Assembly: GCA_002413865.1 (NCBI GenBank)
Contig: DHXX01000012.1
Span: 20,241-84,240, forward strand
DNA: 64,000 nucleotides
Origin: Candidatus Saccharibacteria bacterium UBA5145
GTDB lineage: Bacteria > Patescibacteriota > Saccharimonadia > Saccharimonadales > UBA4665
Reading direction: 5' to 3'
Shown: in pieces, positions 9,406 to 19,283 of the stretch
How the letters are laid out: each line of letters starts with the position of its first letter
Position numbering within the stretch: the first letter of the stretch is position 1
The notes under the pieces: generated by a model
Database searches by the model: none
Seen by the model: only the letters and a program-made list of their open reading frames with translations
Told to the model about the DNA's origin: nothing
Program-made: the position numbers and the translations under genes

Positions 9406-10341
9406 ATGAATCCGTCAGATCCAAATCAATCCAACCCTTACCCACAAGGGCCAGCCCCTACGCCCGTTTATCCCAACCCCGGGCAACCGGCTCCACCGGC
9501 CCAAGCTTACCCGGCACCGGCCGGCTACGCCGTCCCCGGGGCTACTACTGCGCCCGGGTCGACCGTCTTTGCGGCCGACGCCACCAGCGCCGTCAACGTC
9601 GCCGCCCCGCGCGCCAACCCCAACAGCACCCAAAACGCCCTTCAGATAGCAGAAGTCCGCGATGGTATCGTCATCATGAACGACGGTTCGTTCCGTTGCG
9701 TCGTCATGGTCAAGAGCATCAACTTCGACCTGATGAGCGGACAAGAACAGGAAGCCGTCGAATACAGCTATCAGGGCTTTCTAAACTCCTTGTACTTTCC
9801 GATTCAGATTTTCTTGCGTTCCCAGAAAATAGACCTCCAACCATATATCGCCAAACTCGACAAAATCCGCACCGAACACGACAACATGCTGCTCGCCCTG
9901 CTGATGGAAGACTACATCGGTTACATCGACGCCCTCAGCCAACAGACCAACATTATGGACAAGAAGTTTTATGTCATTATTCCATTCTTCCCGCTGGCCG
10001 ACGTCAAGCAGACGCTCGCCCAGAGCAAAAACTTCTTTAGCGGTATCGCCACGATGTTTAACAACAAAGAACAGCACGTCACGATCCACGAAGCCGACCT
10101 CGAAAACGCCAAAGCCGAACTGCGCAACCGCGTCCAGGCGGTGCTGTCGGGCTTGCTGCAATGCAGCATCCAAGGACTGCCGCTAGACACCCAGGAACTG
10201 ATCGAATTGTATTACGACACCTATAACCCCGACACCGCTACCCGCCAAGAACTCAAAGATTTTAACCAGATGACGGCCGATATCGTCACTAAAGGGCAGG
10301 GGACGGCCACCCAAGCCCACCTGCAGAGGGAATTACAGTAA
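9406..10341 (+). CDS. T4SS-associated protein resembling the VirB4/TraC N-terminal domain
   Basis: STQNALQIAEVRDGIVIMNDG...SINFDL..EQEAVEYSYQGFLNSLYFPIQI; directly upstream of virB4; Pro-rich N-terminus. Confidence 0.65.
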   Translation: MNPSDPNQSNPYPQGPAPTPVYPNPGQPAPPAQAYPAPAGYAVPGATTAPGSTVFAADATSAVNVAAPRANPNSTQNALQIAEVRDGIVIMNDGSFRCVVMVKSINFDLMSGQEQEAVEYSYQGFLNSLYFPIQIFLRSQKIDLQPYIAKLDKIRTEHDNMLLALLMEDYIGYIDALSQQTNIMDKKFYVIIPFFPLADVKQTLAQSKNFFSGIATMFNNKEQHVTIHEADLENAKAELRNRVQAVLSGLLQCSIQGLPLDTQELIELYYDTYNPDTATRQELKDFNQMTADIVTKGQGTATQAHLQRELQ

Positions 10342-10351
10342 TGTGCTCACA

Positions 10352-10452
10352 GTTGAAAGTTATAAAGTTCATAAAGTCGAAAGTATTAGGGGTTCAGGCC
10401 AGGTTTATGCAGCAGCTAACTTTCAACTTTCAAACTTTCAAACTTTCAACTA
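10352..10452. repeat. 7-8 nt periodic inverted repeat, family C (AAAGTT/AACTTT)
   Basis: GTTGAAAGTTATAAAGTTCATAAAGTCGAAAG ... AACTTTCAACTTTCAAACTTTCAAACTTTCAACT. Confidence 0.85.
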
Positions 10453-10474
10453 GTGCAACCAAAGGGAGCGCCTA

Positions 10475-12397
10475 ATGGCCTTCGGCAAACAACCCGCCCT
10501 CGACCCAGTCGCCATAGCCCAGGCCCAGCGGGCCCGTGAAGAGGTCGAAGTCCAGGCCGCCTTCCAGAAGGGCGTGACCGCCCTGCGTGACTTCATCGCC
10601 CCCAGTTCGCTCGAGTTCAGTAGTACCCACTTCCAGCTCGGTACCCGCTACGCCCGCACTTATTACGTCTACGGCTACCCGCGCCAACTCTACACCGGCT
10701 GGTTGAGCGGCATGGTCAACCTCGACGAAGTCATCGACATGAGCATGTACGTCTACCCGGTCGAAAGCCAAGTCGTGCTCGAGAACTTGCGCAAAAAGGT
10801 CACCCAGCTCGAGGCCGGCATCCAGATCGACGGCGAAAAGGGCCGTATCCGTGACCCGGGCAAACAGGCCGCTATCATCGACGCCGAAGAGATGCGTGAC
10901 AAGTTACAGGTCGGCGAAGAGCGCTTCTTCCGCTTCGGCCTGTACTTTACGGTTTACGCCAACTCGATCGAAGAATTGGAATTTGTCAGTCACAAAATCG
11001 AGTCAATGCTCGGCCAGCAGTTGGTCTATTCCAAACCGGCCACCAGCCAGCAAGAACAGGGCTTCAACAGCACCGTGCCGCAGATGAACGACCAGCTCCA
11101 AATCCGCCGCAACATGAGCACCGGCGCCCTCAGCACCAGCTTCCCGTTCACTAGCGCCGACCTGACCCAAGACACCGGTATTTTGTACGGCATCAACATG
11201 CATAACTCCGGTTTGGTCATCTTCGACCGCTTTAGTCTGGAGAACGGCAACTCGGTCGTCTTCGCCAAGGCTGGGGCCGGCAAGTCGTTCACCGTCAAGC
11301 TCGAGGCCTTGCGCAGTATGATGTTTGGCACCGAGATCATCATCATCGACCCCGAGAACGAGTACCAGCGGATGTGTGAAGCCGTCGGTGGCGCCTATGT
11401 GCGGCTCAGCCTGAGCTCGGCCACCAGAATCAATCCGTTTGACCTGCCGAAAGTGGTCGACTCCGAAGAAGCCGACAACGCCCTGCGCTCCAATTTGATT
11501 ACCCTCCATGGACTGCTACGCCTGATGATGGGTGGCGCCCAAGCCCAAATGCTCGGCGGCGCTAACGTCATGACACCGGCCCTGGCACCGAGCGAAGAAG
11601 CCGACCTCGACGCCGCCCTGATCGAGACCTACGCCAAAGCCGGTATCACCAATGATCCGTTGACCCACACCGGCCTACCGCCGACCATCGCCGACCTCTA
11701 CGATACGTTGCTGCACATGGGCGGTAACGGTCCGCAGCTGGCCCAACGCTTGCGTAAATACACCAGTGGCACGTTCGCCGGCATCTTCAGCCAGCAATCC
11801 AACATCAACATCAACAACCCGTTAGTCGTCTTTAACATCCGTGACCTCGAAGACGAACTGCGTCCCGTCGCCATGTATATCGTCCTCAACTACATTTGGA
11901 ATAAGACCAAAACCGACCAGCGCCGCCGCATCCTAATCGTCGATGAAGCTTGGCAGCTCATGAAGTATGAAGACTCGGCCAATTTCTTGTTCTCGCTGGC
12001 CAAGCGGGCCCGCAAATACAACCTCGGTATTACCACCATCACCCAAGACGTCGAGGACTTTATGGGTTCACGGATGGGCCGGGCGATCGTCGCCAACGCC
12101 AGCATGCAAATCCTGCTCAAACAGTCACCGACGGCGGTCGATCTATTGAGTACCGTCTTTAAGCTAACCAGCGAAGAGAAGAAGCGCCTCAGTCAATTCC
12201 CGGTCGGCCAGGGACTGTTCTTTGCCGGTCAAAACCACGTCCACATCCAAGTCGTGGCCAGCCCGACCGAGACGGGGCTGATCACGACCGACCCGCAGCA
12301 GCTCCAACAGATGAAGACCGCCAACGAGCAAGGCGAGTTCAACCAACCTCAAGGCACTATCGACCTCAGTAATCGCTTGTACCCTGGTAGCGTATAA
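10475..12397 (+). CDS. virB4: VirB4/TraE-like T4SS ATPase
   Basis: Walker A AKAGAGKS, IIDPENEY, Walker B LIVDEAW, KRARKY, ITQDVEDF. Confidence 0.9.
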   Translation: MAFGKQPALDPVAIAQAQRAREEVEVQAAFQKGVTALRDFIAPSSLEFSSTHFQLGTRYARTYYVYGYPRQLYTGWLSGMVNLDEVIDMSMYVYPVESQVVLENLRKKVTQLEAGIQIDGEKGRIRDPGKQAAIIDAEEMRDKLQVGEERFFRFGLYFTVYANSIEELEFVSHKIESMLGQQLVYSKPATSQQEQGFNSTVPQMNDQLQIRRNMSTGALSTSFPFTSADLTQDTGILYGINMHNSGLVIFDRFSLENGNSVVFAKAGAGKSFTVKLEALRSMMFGTEIIIIDPENEYQRMCEAVGGAYVRLSLSSATRINPFDLPKVVDSEEADNALRSNLITLHGLLRLMMGGAQAQMLGGANVMTPALAPSEEADLDAALIETYAKAGITNDPLTHTGLPPTIADLYDTLLHMGGNGPQLAQRLRKYTSGTFAGIFSQQSNININNPLVVFNIRDLEDELRPVAMYIVLNYIWNKTKTDQRRRILIVDEAWQLMKYEDSANFLFSLAKRARKYNLGITTITQDVEDFMGSRMGRAIVANASMQILLKQSPTAVDLLSTVFKLTSEEKKRLSQFPVGQGLFFAGQNHVHIQVVASPTETGLITTDPQQLQQMKTANEQGEFNQPQGTIDLSNRLYPGSV

Positions 12398-12429
12398 TAA
12401 GTTTTGTAATAATGTGGAAATAAACAGTT

Positions 12430-15372
12430 ATGGGCGAACCAGCCTTCAATTTACCCGAGGATGATCGACCGGATATCCGACCAGACCTACCTGGACTCCG
12501 CGCCCTAGAAGGTGGCGGGGAGGGCGATGGTGTACCACGCGGCGAACTCCACTCCGTTAAAGCCGCCGATGATGAATCCGACAACAGCTCTAAAGCTGTT
12601 AGTTCCGGCGGCCTAGCCTCGTCTGAAGCGGGGCTTGGTCTGGCCGCCAAACAACTTGGCAGAGGTTTCACTGGTGGCGCCATCTCAAAAGTAGAGACTG
12701 TCAAAAATCTATTTTGGAGCAGCAAAAACCGACGACGCAGTACCGTTGGCGGGGGGGTAATCGGCGGCCTAGTCGGTATCGGGTTTATGCTGGCCGGTAT
12801 TTCGTCCGGCCCGCTGCAAGCTGTCCATTTGTCCCAGATACTTATGAAGAATTTCCATGGCTCCGAAGAAACCTCGGCTGTTCGCACCCAGGGGCTGTTT
12901 CGGTTTGCGCGGTCCGGGAATGTCGGGGAGACCCGTGTCGGCAAACTTGGCAGCCTAACCTTCGGCAAGACCACGGCCCAACTAAACGATATTGGCATTA
13001 CCTATGAAAGAAGCCCGTTGACGGGCAGCCCTAAAACGGTGACCTTTAATAAGGCCAAAATGGCCGAAAAGTTTCCGGAGCTTAAAAAAATGAACAATAC
13101 CGAAGCCCGCTCCTTTATCGAGAAAACGTTTGATCTTTCGCCTGGAGATCTAAGACAATTTAGCGACGGTATGTACAACGTCAATACCCGGGGCTTCAAC
13201 ATCAGCGCCACGCGGGCCTTAACCGATAAGAGCATGAGCTTGCTCGGCGACGGCAAAATAACAACTGCCGTCAAGTTCCGAGTTTTTAATAAGTTCAATA
13301 ACACTCCGTCACTGCTTCATCCAATCGAGCGCGTAAAAGCCAGCGCCGAGAATACAGCCGGTCACGCCCTTGATGCAAAAAAAGCCGAAGAAGATCGGGC
13401 CAAAGCTAGAGAACCCGCCCCAACCGAAGAAACCGTAAAAGCTAAGGCAAATATAAAGGACAGCCTGAGTGGCTATAAGGGGGCGGCCGCCGGGGCCCTA
13501 CTGGTCACCGCTGGCATGTGTTTAGTGCGCTCGATTGCCGACGATGTCGTTACGGTAAACCAAGCCGCCATTGTAACCCCCGCCGCCATAGAAGCGACTG
13601 ATAAAATAGCGGTCGGGGCCCAGGTCCAAGCGGGGCAGGACGTTAGTATGCCCGCAGTTGGGGCGGTCGTCCAAAACTTCACCAACAACCAGGGTCAGAC
13701 TATCTGGGCCGCCAAAGGTATTCAGGAAACGGCGACTCCGGGTTTAGCGGGCGGGGAAGACATCACTCCGGACTACAAACAAGCCTTCAATAGCAACACC
13801 ACGGCCGATAATATCCGTAGCACCATCGGTGGGGGTGATTTCGGCAAGGTCGCTTGCAGTAAACCCGGCTTAGTTATTCAATTTGCGGCCGGTATTGGAA
13901 TGTTAATTGCCGCTGCCCCGACCGGGGGAGCCACCGCGGCGGCTTATTTCGGGGCCAAAGCCGGGGCTGGACTAATTGCGACGGCTGGGGTGTTCTATAT
14001 GCTCGAACAACAGCTCACCAACCTATTTTCGACTGATGCGATCGCTCCAAAAGTAATGAGTGGGCCGATTGGTGGAAACCTACTAGCCTATGGTGCTCGA
14101 GCGGCGGGCGGTATTGAAGCGCGGTCTTCGGGAGGAATAGCGCTAAGCAACCCCGAATCGGCCATGCTGGAGCAACAGCAACAAACTCAGAGCGTCAAGG
14201 ATTTTCAATCCAGGAGCGTCTTCGCTAGGGTATTTGACGTTCACGATTATCGGTCACTGGCGTCGCGGGCCATCGACACGCAAAGCCCGGACCCTGGCCA
14301 AAACCTTAAAAACATGGCCATCGGTCTAATTAGCGTCAATAAGTGGCTACCAACCATATTATCTTCGATACTTCCGCGAGCGCACGCCGCCAGTACGCCT
14401 TATGACTGGGGTTTCCCGCAGTATGGCATCCCGAGCAGTATAGCCAACGATCCCAAATATGAAGACCCCTATGATAACGCTGATAAAGTTGCGGCCATCC
14501 TCGACCACGACACTACCGACAACTACAAAAACCGCGCCCTGGAATGCTTTGGTGCCACACTAGCTAAAGGCGGTGATGGCTGGAACGTTGTCGCTGAAAA
14601 GGAAGTTAATCCTAGCACCGGGGCCTATACCGGTTCAAGCTGTAGTGATACCAGCGATGACAGCTGGAAAAGGATTATGTTGTTTGTTTTCGATACCCGT
14701 ACTATGGACGCCATCTCTTGTTATCACGGTGACGACGACCAAGCCTGCAGCGATGTCGGCTTTGGTTCTCCGGCCGCAACGACTCCGGGCAGCGGGGGTG
14801 GCGGCTCGACTTCTGGGCCGGTCGCGGAAGGCACGAATTCCCAGCTGGCTCAAAAAATTCTCGACTACAAAAAAACCGGGCAGTATTCTTGCGACAACCC
14901 CGGGGACTGCGCGGACCTGCAAAAAGTAGTCGCCGGACATACGTTGTCGGGTAGCCAAGGCTGCACCGCCCAGACGCTCGACACACATGTTTTGCAGCTG
15001 ATGCTCTACGCCATAGAAGTCGGCAAGTTTAAGATTGGCACTTACTCGTTGTGTGGCGACCATAGCCATGACGGTGCGCACGGCCACTCCGGCGGCTATG
15101 CCGTTGATATTAGTTCTGTCAATGGAGTCGGCGTCAATCAAAATAGCACTCAAGCCAAAACTAATACTCTAGCGCTGGACAAGTTCTTAAATGCTCTACC
15201 AGCCACTCTGACATTGAGCCAGCAAATATCTTACGGCTATGGTAACCACTTCGACGCGGATTTGGCAGCCACCCAGCAGTATGGTAGTAAATTGTGCACC
15301 ACTAGCTGTGTCAGCATCTATACGTTGGGCGTGGAATCGGAACACGAGAATCACATCCATGCCGGCTATTAA
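12430..15372 (+). CDS. Large membrane-associated protein with C-terminal putative Zn-metallopeptidase (M15/LAS-like) domain
   Basis: Several hydrophobic segments, Gly/Ser linker, then HSGGYAVD (H-x6-D) and terminal HENHIH (H-x-H). Confidence 0.6.
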   Translation: MGEPAFNLPEDDRPDIRPDLPGLRALEGGGEGDGVPRGELHSVKAADDESDNSSKAVSSGGLASSEAGLGLAAKQLGRGFTGGAISKVETVKNLFWSSKNRRRSTVGGGVIGGLVGIGFMLAGISSGPLQAVHLSQILMKNFHGSEETSAVRTQGLFRFARSGNVGETRVGKLGSLTFGKTTAQLNDIGITYERSPLTGSPKTVTFNKAKMAEKFPELKKMNNTEARSFIEKTFDLSPGDLRQFSDGMYNVNTRGFNISATRALTDKSMSLLGDGKITTAVKFRVFNKFNNTPSLLHPIERVKASAENTAGHALDAKKAEEDRAKAREPAPTEETVKAKANIKDSLSGYKGAAAGALLVTAGMCLVRSIADDVVTVNQAAIVTPAAIEATDKIAVGAQVQAGQDVSMPAVGAVVQNFTNNQGQTIWAAKGIQETATPGLAGGEDITPDYKQAFNSNTTADNIRSTIGGGDFGKVACSKPGLVIQFAAGIGMLIAAAPTGGATAAAYFGAKAGAGLIATAGVFYMLEQQLTNLFSTDAIAPKVMSGPIGGNLLAYGARAAGGIEARSSGGIALSNPESAMLEQQQQTQSVKDFQSRSVFARVFDVHDYRSLASRAIDTQSPDPGQNLKNMAIGLISVNKWLPTILSSILPRAHAASTPYDWGFPQYGIPSSIANDPKYEDPYDNADKVAAILDHDTTDNYKNRALECFGATLAKGGDGWNVVAEKEVNPSTGAYTGSSCSDTSDDSWKRIMLFVFDTRTMDAISCYHGDDDQACSDVGFGSPAATTPGSGGGGSTSGPVAEGTNSQLAQKILDYKKTGQYSCDNPGDCADLQKVVAGHTLSGSQGCTAQTLDTHVLQLMLYAIEVGKFKIGTYSLCGDHSHDGAHGHSGGYAVDISSVNGVGVNQNSTQAKTNTLALDKFLNALPATLTLSQQISYGYGNHFDADLAATQQYGSKLCTTSCVSIYTLGVESEHENHIHAGY

Positions 15373-16411
15373 GATTAAACCGATTGGCGGCCAACGCTCC
15401 TGGTTCCTCGCAATAAGTGTCTTGGTTTTGTTGGTGTCGCCTTCGTTGGTCAACGCCCAAGCTTTGACCGGAGCTCAAACCCAAGTCCTTCAAGAGGGCA
15501 TACTCTTCTTTGACACCGAAGTCGCCGGTAGCGCTACTAGCAATAGCGGAACCTCGTCGTGTGCTTTGGCCACCTTACCGGCTATCAGTGACGCTAGCCA
15601 AGTGGCGAGCGCGATTGATAAATTTGTGCAGGATAATGGCGGCAAAGGCTCGCCGTTCGATGGCCTGGGTAGCCACATCGTAGCCGGTTCGCAGCGGGCC
15701 GGAGTCAATCCATTCTTAGTAGCGGCCCAAGCCCTAAAAGAGAGTAGCTTTGGTGTCCATATACCGCCGGGATCTTTTAACGCCTTTGGTCGTTCCGCCA
15801 CCACTGGTCAACCGGCGGTCCAACTCGCTGGTCGGTCGTGGTATAAGTGGTCGTCTTGGGCAGCTAGCGTCGATAGTGCGGACGACGAGCAAAGCCTGAT
15901 AAAATCCGTCTATATCGATGCCGGCTTGATACAAATTATCGACTTAGTTAGCAAGTATGCACCGGCTTCAGACGGTAATAATCCGACTAACTACGCGAAA
16001 CAAATAACCGGCTGGATGCAAGAAATGGCCGCCAATGCCGGCACAGCCGTCGACTGCGGCCAAGGGTCGACCGGTGGGGGCGCGTCAGCACCAGGTAGTC
16101 CAACCGGCAACGCCGCGATCGGCAAGCAACTAGCGGCGGCCAATGGCTGGGGTGATGGCACCCAATGGCAGTGCTTGTATACTCTCTGGCAACATGAATC
16201 GGGCTGGAATGAAAAAGCAGGGAATCCTAGTTCCGGCGCCTATGGCATACCCCAGTCACTACCAGCCAGTAAAATGGCCTCGGCGGGCAGTGATTATAGA
16301 ACAAATCCGGCCACACAAATCAAATGGGGGTTAAGCTATATACAAGGCCGCTACCAAAACCCCTGTAACGCTTGGGCGCTGTGGCAAAGCCGTAATCCGC
16401 ACTGGTATTAA
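15359..16411 (+). CDS. Secreted two-domain peptidoglycan hydrolase (lysozyme/glucosaminidase-like plus C-terminal lytic transglycosylase)
   Basis: Signal peptide; GVNPFLVAAQALKESSFG...KYAPASDGNNP; C-terminal QWQCL..LWQHESGWN..AGNPSSGAYGIPQ...NPATQIKWGLSYIQGRY; start taken at 15359. Confidence 0.82.
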   Translation: MPAIKIKPIGGQRSWFLAISVLVLLVSPSLVNAQALTGAQTQVLQEGILFFDTEVAGSATSNSGTSSCALATLPAISDASQVASAIDKFVQDNGGKGSPFDGLGSHIVAGSQRAGVNPFLVAAQALKESSFGVHIPPGSFNAFGRSATTGQPAVQLAGRSWYKWSSWAASVDSADDEQSLIKSVYIDAGLIQIIDLVSKYAPASDGNNPTNYAKQITGWMQEMAANAGTAVDCGQGSTGGGASAPGSPTGNAAIGKQLAAANGWGDGTQWQCLYTLWQHESGWNEKAGNPSSGAYGIPQSLPASKMASAGSDYRTNPATQIKWGLSYIQGRYQNPCNAWALWQSRNPHWY

Positions 16412-16413
16412 TT

Positions 16414-17781
16414 ATGAATAAGAAACAACTAACCATTTTTGTCTCCGTAGCTACTGTCATCATAGTGATGGCGGTGACACTGTTTAACCACCACGGTACC
16501 TCGTTTTTAAAACCGTCAGGCAATCGAACCCTCTATGCTAGCCAAATAATCGGTCGTAATGTCCAGTTCCCAAATTTAATCGATAATAATACTCTGGAAT
16601 TCTTCACCGGCAGCTCATTTGCGACCATCGATCTCCGAACTTCACAAACCAAAACCTTTACGCCGGAATTCAACCTACCGAACGTTATTGATGTCGTGTG
16701 GAGCAAACAGCAGGTCTTGTTCGAGGTCGGACCTGTTTCCGCCCAGGATGATCTCTATGCCCAAGCCGACCCATCCGCCCAACAGGGGGCCAACTCTTGG
16801 TGGTTGTGGAGCCCAGGACTTAGCCAACCGCAGCAAGTAACTGGTGGGCTGGACGGCACCGTCAATCAAGCTGTTTGGAGCTCAGATGGAAAAGCGATCA
16901 TCGCTCTCACCCAACTCGGCACAGCCGCTAAGCAAACGATTGAGCACCTCAACCCGGCTTCGCTGGCCGTGACTAATAAATTCGCGGTTAGTAATTCCAG
17001 CTTGGTTGGCGATACCGCCCAAGGAGTTTTGGCCCATCAAGACGCCAACTTGGTAGTTTGGAAAGACGGCCAGCGGACGGTTCTGCCAATAACCGCCAAC
17101 ACGACCCGCCAACCCGTCGTCACCGCCGATCACAACGCGGTCATCTACGAAAACAATGCCGCGGAGCTTGACCCAAAAACCAACTCCACCGCCCACGCCG
17201 ATTTGTACATATACGATCTGGCGCTACACAAATCTTATCAATTGCTAAGCGCCGCCCAAAATACCAATAATTACACGACCTTCCAGAAGGGCATTTTAGC
17301 TCTGCCCGCCCCAGCCGATAACCTCAGTCCAGCCCAGTCGAGTACAGCAACGGCCCGCCTGACCACTGGGTCGGCCAGCAAGCAGACGGCCTATAGCTTG
17401 ACAGTGGCCGATCAAGACCTCCAATATATTGGACAGTTGCGCAGCGCCTGGGATATCTCCGGCAATTCCGCGACCGCCTTTGCCACGACCAATACCAATA
17501 ATGATTTAGTGCTCGTTAGTACAAATAAGTCCGTTCAATCTCAAGTCTCGCCTTACCGAGTAGTGTTTGTGGAAAATCCAACCGCCACAGTAACCGTTAA
17601 CGGCTCAGCTATCTACTACCTAGACTACAACGTGGCGACCAATGGTTTAAAGATATTTATCAATAATCCAACCGCCGACGCGCAAGCCGATCGAACCGCA
17701 CTACTAAACAACCTGACCGACTCACTACATGACCCCAACCAGGTCCAAAAAGAGTGGCAAACCAACCAGAATACCGAATAA
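16414..17781 (+). CDS. Membrane-anchored beta-rich (TolB/beta-propeller-like) protein
   Basis: N-terminal TM helix, repeated WS motifs (VVWSKQ, AVWSSDG); last gene of the operon. Confidence 0.55.
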   Translation: MNKKQLTIFVSVATVIIVMAVTLFNHHGTSFLKPSGNRTLYASQIIGRNVQFPNLIDNNTLEFFTGSSFATIDLRTSQTKTFTPEFNLPNVIDVVWSKQQVLFEVGPVSAQDDLYAQADPSAQQGANSWWLWSPGLSQPQQVTGGLDGTVNQAVWSSDGKAIIALTQLGTAAKQTIEHLNPASLAVTNKFAVSNSSLVGDTAQGVLAHQDANLVVWKDGQRTVLPITANTTRQPVVTADHNAVIYENNAAELDPKTNSTAHADLYIYDLALHKSYQLLSAAQNTNNYTTFQKGILALPAPADNLSPAQSSTATARLTTGSASKQTAYSLTVADQDLQYIGQLRSAWDISGNSATAFATTNTNNDLVLVSTNKSVQSQVSPYRVVFVENPTATVTVNGSAIYYLDYNVATNGLKIFINNPTADAQADRTALLNNLTDSLHDPNQVQKEWQTNQNTE

Positions 17782-17819
17782 CCCCCTGAGGAGATATTGA
17801 GCTATCCAAAAGCTGGCTA

Positions 17820-18878
17820 TTAGCTCCCCAGCGGGAGGATGTGGCAGGTTTCGGTGAAGTGCTGCAGGACGACGTCGGCGTCGGTCGTCGTGATAAAGGT
17901 TTGGTAGTCTTTGAGATAGTTGGTCAGGGCCCGGCGGCGGGCGCCGTCGAGTTCGCTGAAAACGTCGTCGAGCAGCAGCAGGGGGGCGACGTCGTGGACG
18001 GCCTGCAGTCGGCCGAGTTCGAGGATTTTGAGCGCCAGAACGGCCGTCCGTGTCTCACCGCGCGAAGCCACGTCGGCGGCCGGTCGGTTATCAAACAGTA
18101 CCAGTAAATCTTCGCGGTGCGGGCCGGCCGAGGTAAAGCCACGCAAGCGATCGAGCTCGCTGCTCGCCTCGAGCTTTTTTAATAAGTGACTGTCATAGTT
18201 ATCGGCCGGCCAGCGGCTGTCGTAGACCAAACGCACATCGGTGGCGCTGTGCGATAGGTCGTGGTAGAGCCCGCCGATCTCGGCATTGAGTTCGGTCGTC
18301 AGTTGGCTACGATAGCGCACTATTTGGCCGGCCAGTTCGCTCAAACGAATGTTCCACGGGAAGAGCTGCATGTCTAAGCTCGCGCCGGCTTGTTTGAGCA
18401 GGCTGTTGCGCTGGGCGAGCGTCCGTTTATACTGGCGGCGCAGCGTGCCGTAGCCGCTGACCGTCTGCTCTAACAAATCATCTAAATATACCCGGCGCTG
18501 TTCGGGCGAACCAACCAAGAGTTGCAAATGGTTTGGTTCGAACAAAACGATTGGCAGCCGGTGGGGCAGGGTCAACCGGCTGTAGACCTTACCGTCGAGT
18601 TCGTACGATTTGCCCGGCAGCGGTTCGCGTATCAACTTAACCGTCCGGTTATTGCCCAGTGTGTCCTGGCTGTCGAGCCGAGCCCATGGAGCATCAACCT
18701 GGAGCAGTTCGCTGTCTCGAGCGCGATACGAACTGCCGGTCGCGACCACCAAAATCGCCTCCAGCAAATTAGTTTTACCGCTGGCATTCGGCCCGACGAC
18801 GATATTAATCCCCGGATCAAACTCGAAAATCTCATCGCTGTACGAGCGGAAGTGCTGCGCCCTTAAATTAGCAATCAC
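17820..18878 (-). CDS. recF: DNA replication/repair protein RecF
   Basis: GPNASGKTNLLEAI, GPHREDL, ASRGE, LLLDDVFSELD; downstream of dnaN. Confidence 0.95.
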   Translation of the reverse strand: MIANLRAQHFRSYSDEIFEFDPGINIVVGPNASGKTNLLEAILVVATGSSYRARDSELLQVDAPWARLDSQDTLGNNRTVKLIREPLPGKSYELDGKVYSRLTLPHRLPIVLFEPNHLQLLVGSPEQRRVYLDDLLEQTVSGYGTLRRQYKRTLAQRNSLLKQAGASLDMQLFPWNIRLSELAGQIVRYRSQLTTELNAEIGGLYHDLSHSATDVRLVYDSRWPADNYDSHLLKKLEASSELDRLRGFTSAGPHREDLLVLFDNRPAADVASRGETRTAVLALKILELGRLQAVHDVAPLLLLDDVFSELDGARRRALTNYLKDYQTFITTTDADVVLQHFTETCHILPLGS

Positions 18879-18989
18879 AGGATAAAACCCTAAAAGGTGT
18901 TAATTCTATATCAATCATATACATGCCAGTATACTAAACTCCTTATTTGTCTTCCTGAACTTTACCCACTCGTCAGCCTAGACCCCCCC

Positions 18990-19117
18990 TTGTCATCCTA
19001 GGGCCTTTTTGTCATCCTGAGCCATAGGCGAAGGATCTGAGTCCTCATAGCGCAGATCCTTCACTCCGTTCAGGATGACGGAATACTTTGTCATCCCAAA
19101 CTTGATTTGGGATCCAA
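18990..19117. repeat. Cluster: family B paired palindrome plus family A half
   Basis: GTCATCCTGAGCCATAGGCGAAGGATCTG...CAGATCCTTCACTCCGTTCAGGATGAC then GTCATCCCAAACTTGATTTGGGATCCAA. Confidence 0.88.
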
Positions 19118-19142
19118 TAGATAAGGATTCTTCTATAGTGCT

Positions 19143-19275
19143 CATTGATCAATTTTCATTTAACAAATTAGTTACCAGGTATCATTTGTCAGATGGCCCG
19201 AGTGTCCGGGTGCAATGGTAAATTAAGAAATTTACAAATAATTTGTTAAATGACAAATGTTGTCTGTGAAATTGC
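19143..19275. repeat. AT-rich periodic inverted repeat, family E
   Basis: CATTTAACAAATTA ... TAATTTGTTAAATG; tail AAATGTTGTCTGTGAAATTG recurs near 23378-23397. Confidence 0.65.
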
Positions 19276-19283
19276 TTTGGGCC

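Noticed and set aside
2300..17781. tRNA-integrated ICE or plasmid
   Set aside because: No integrase, relaxase or distal att repeat; housekeeping comF and hsp20 intervene; directly adjacent to recF
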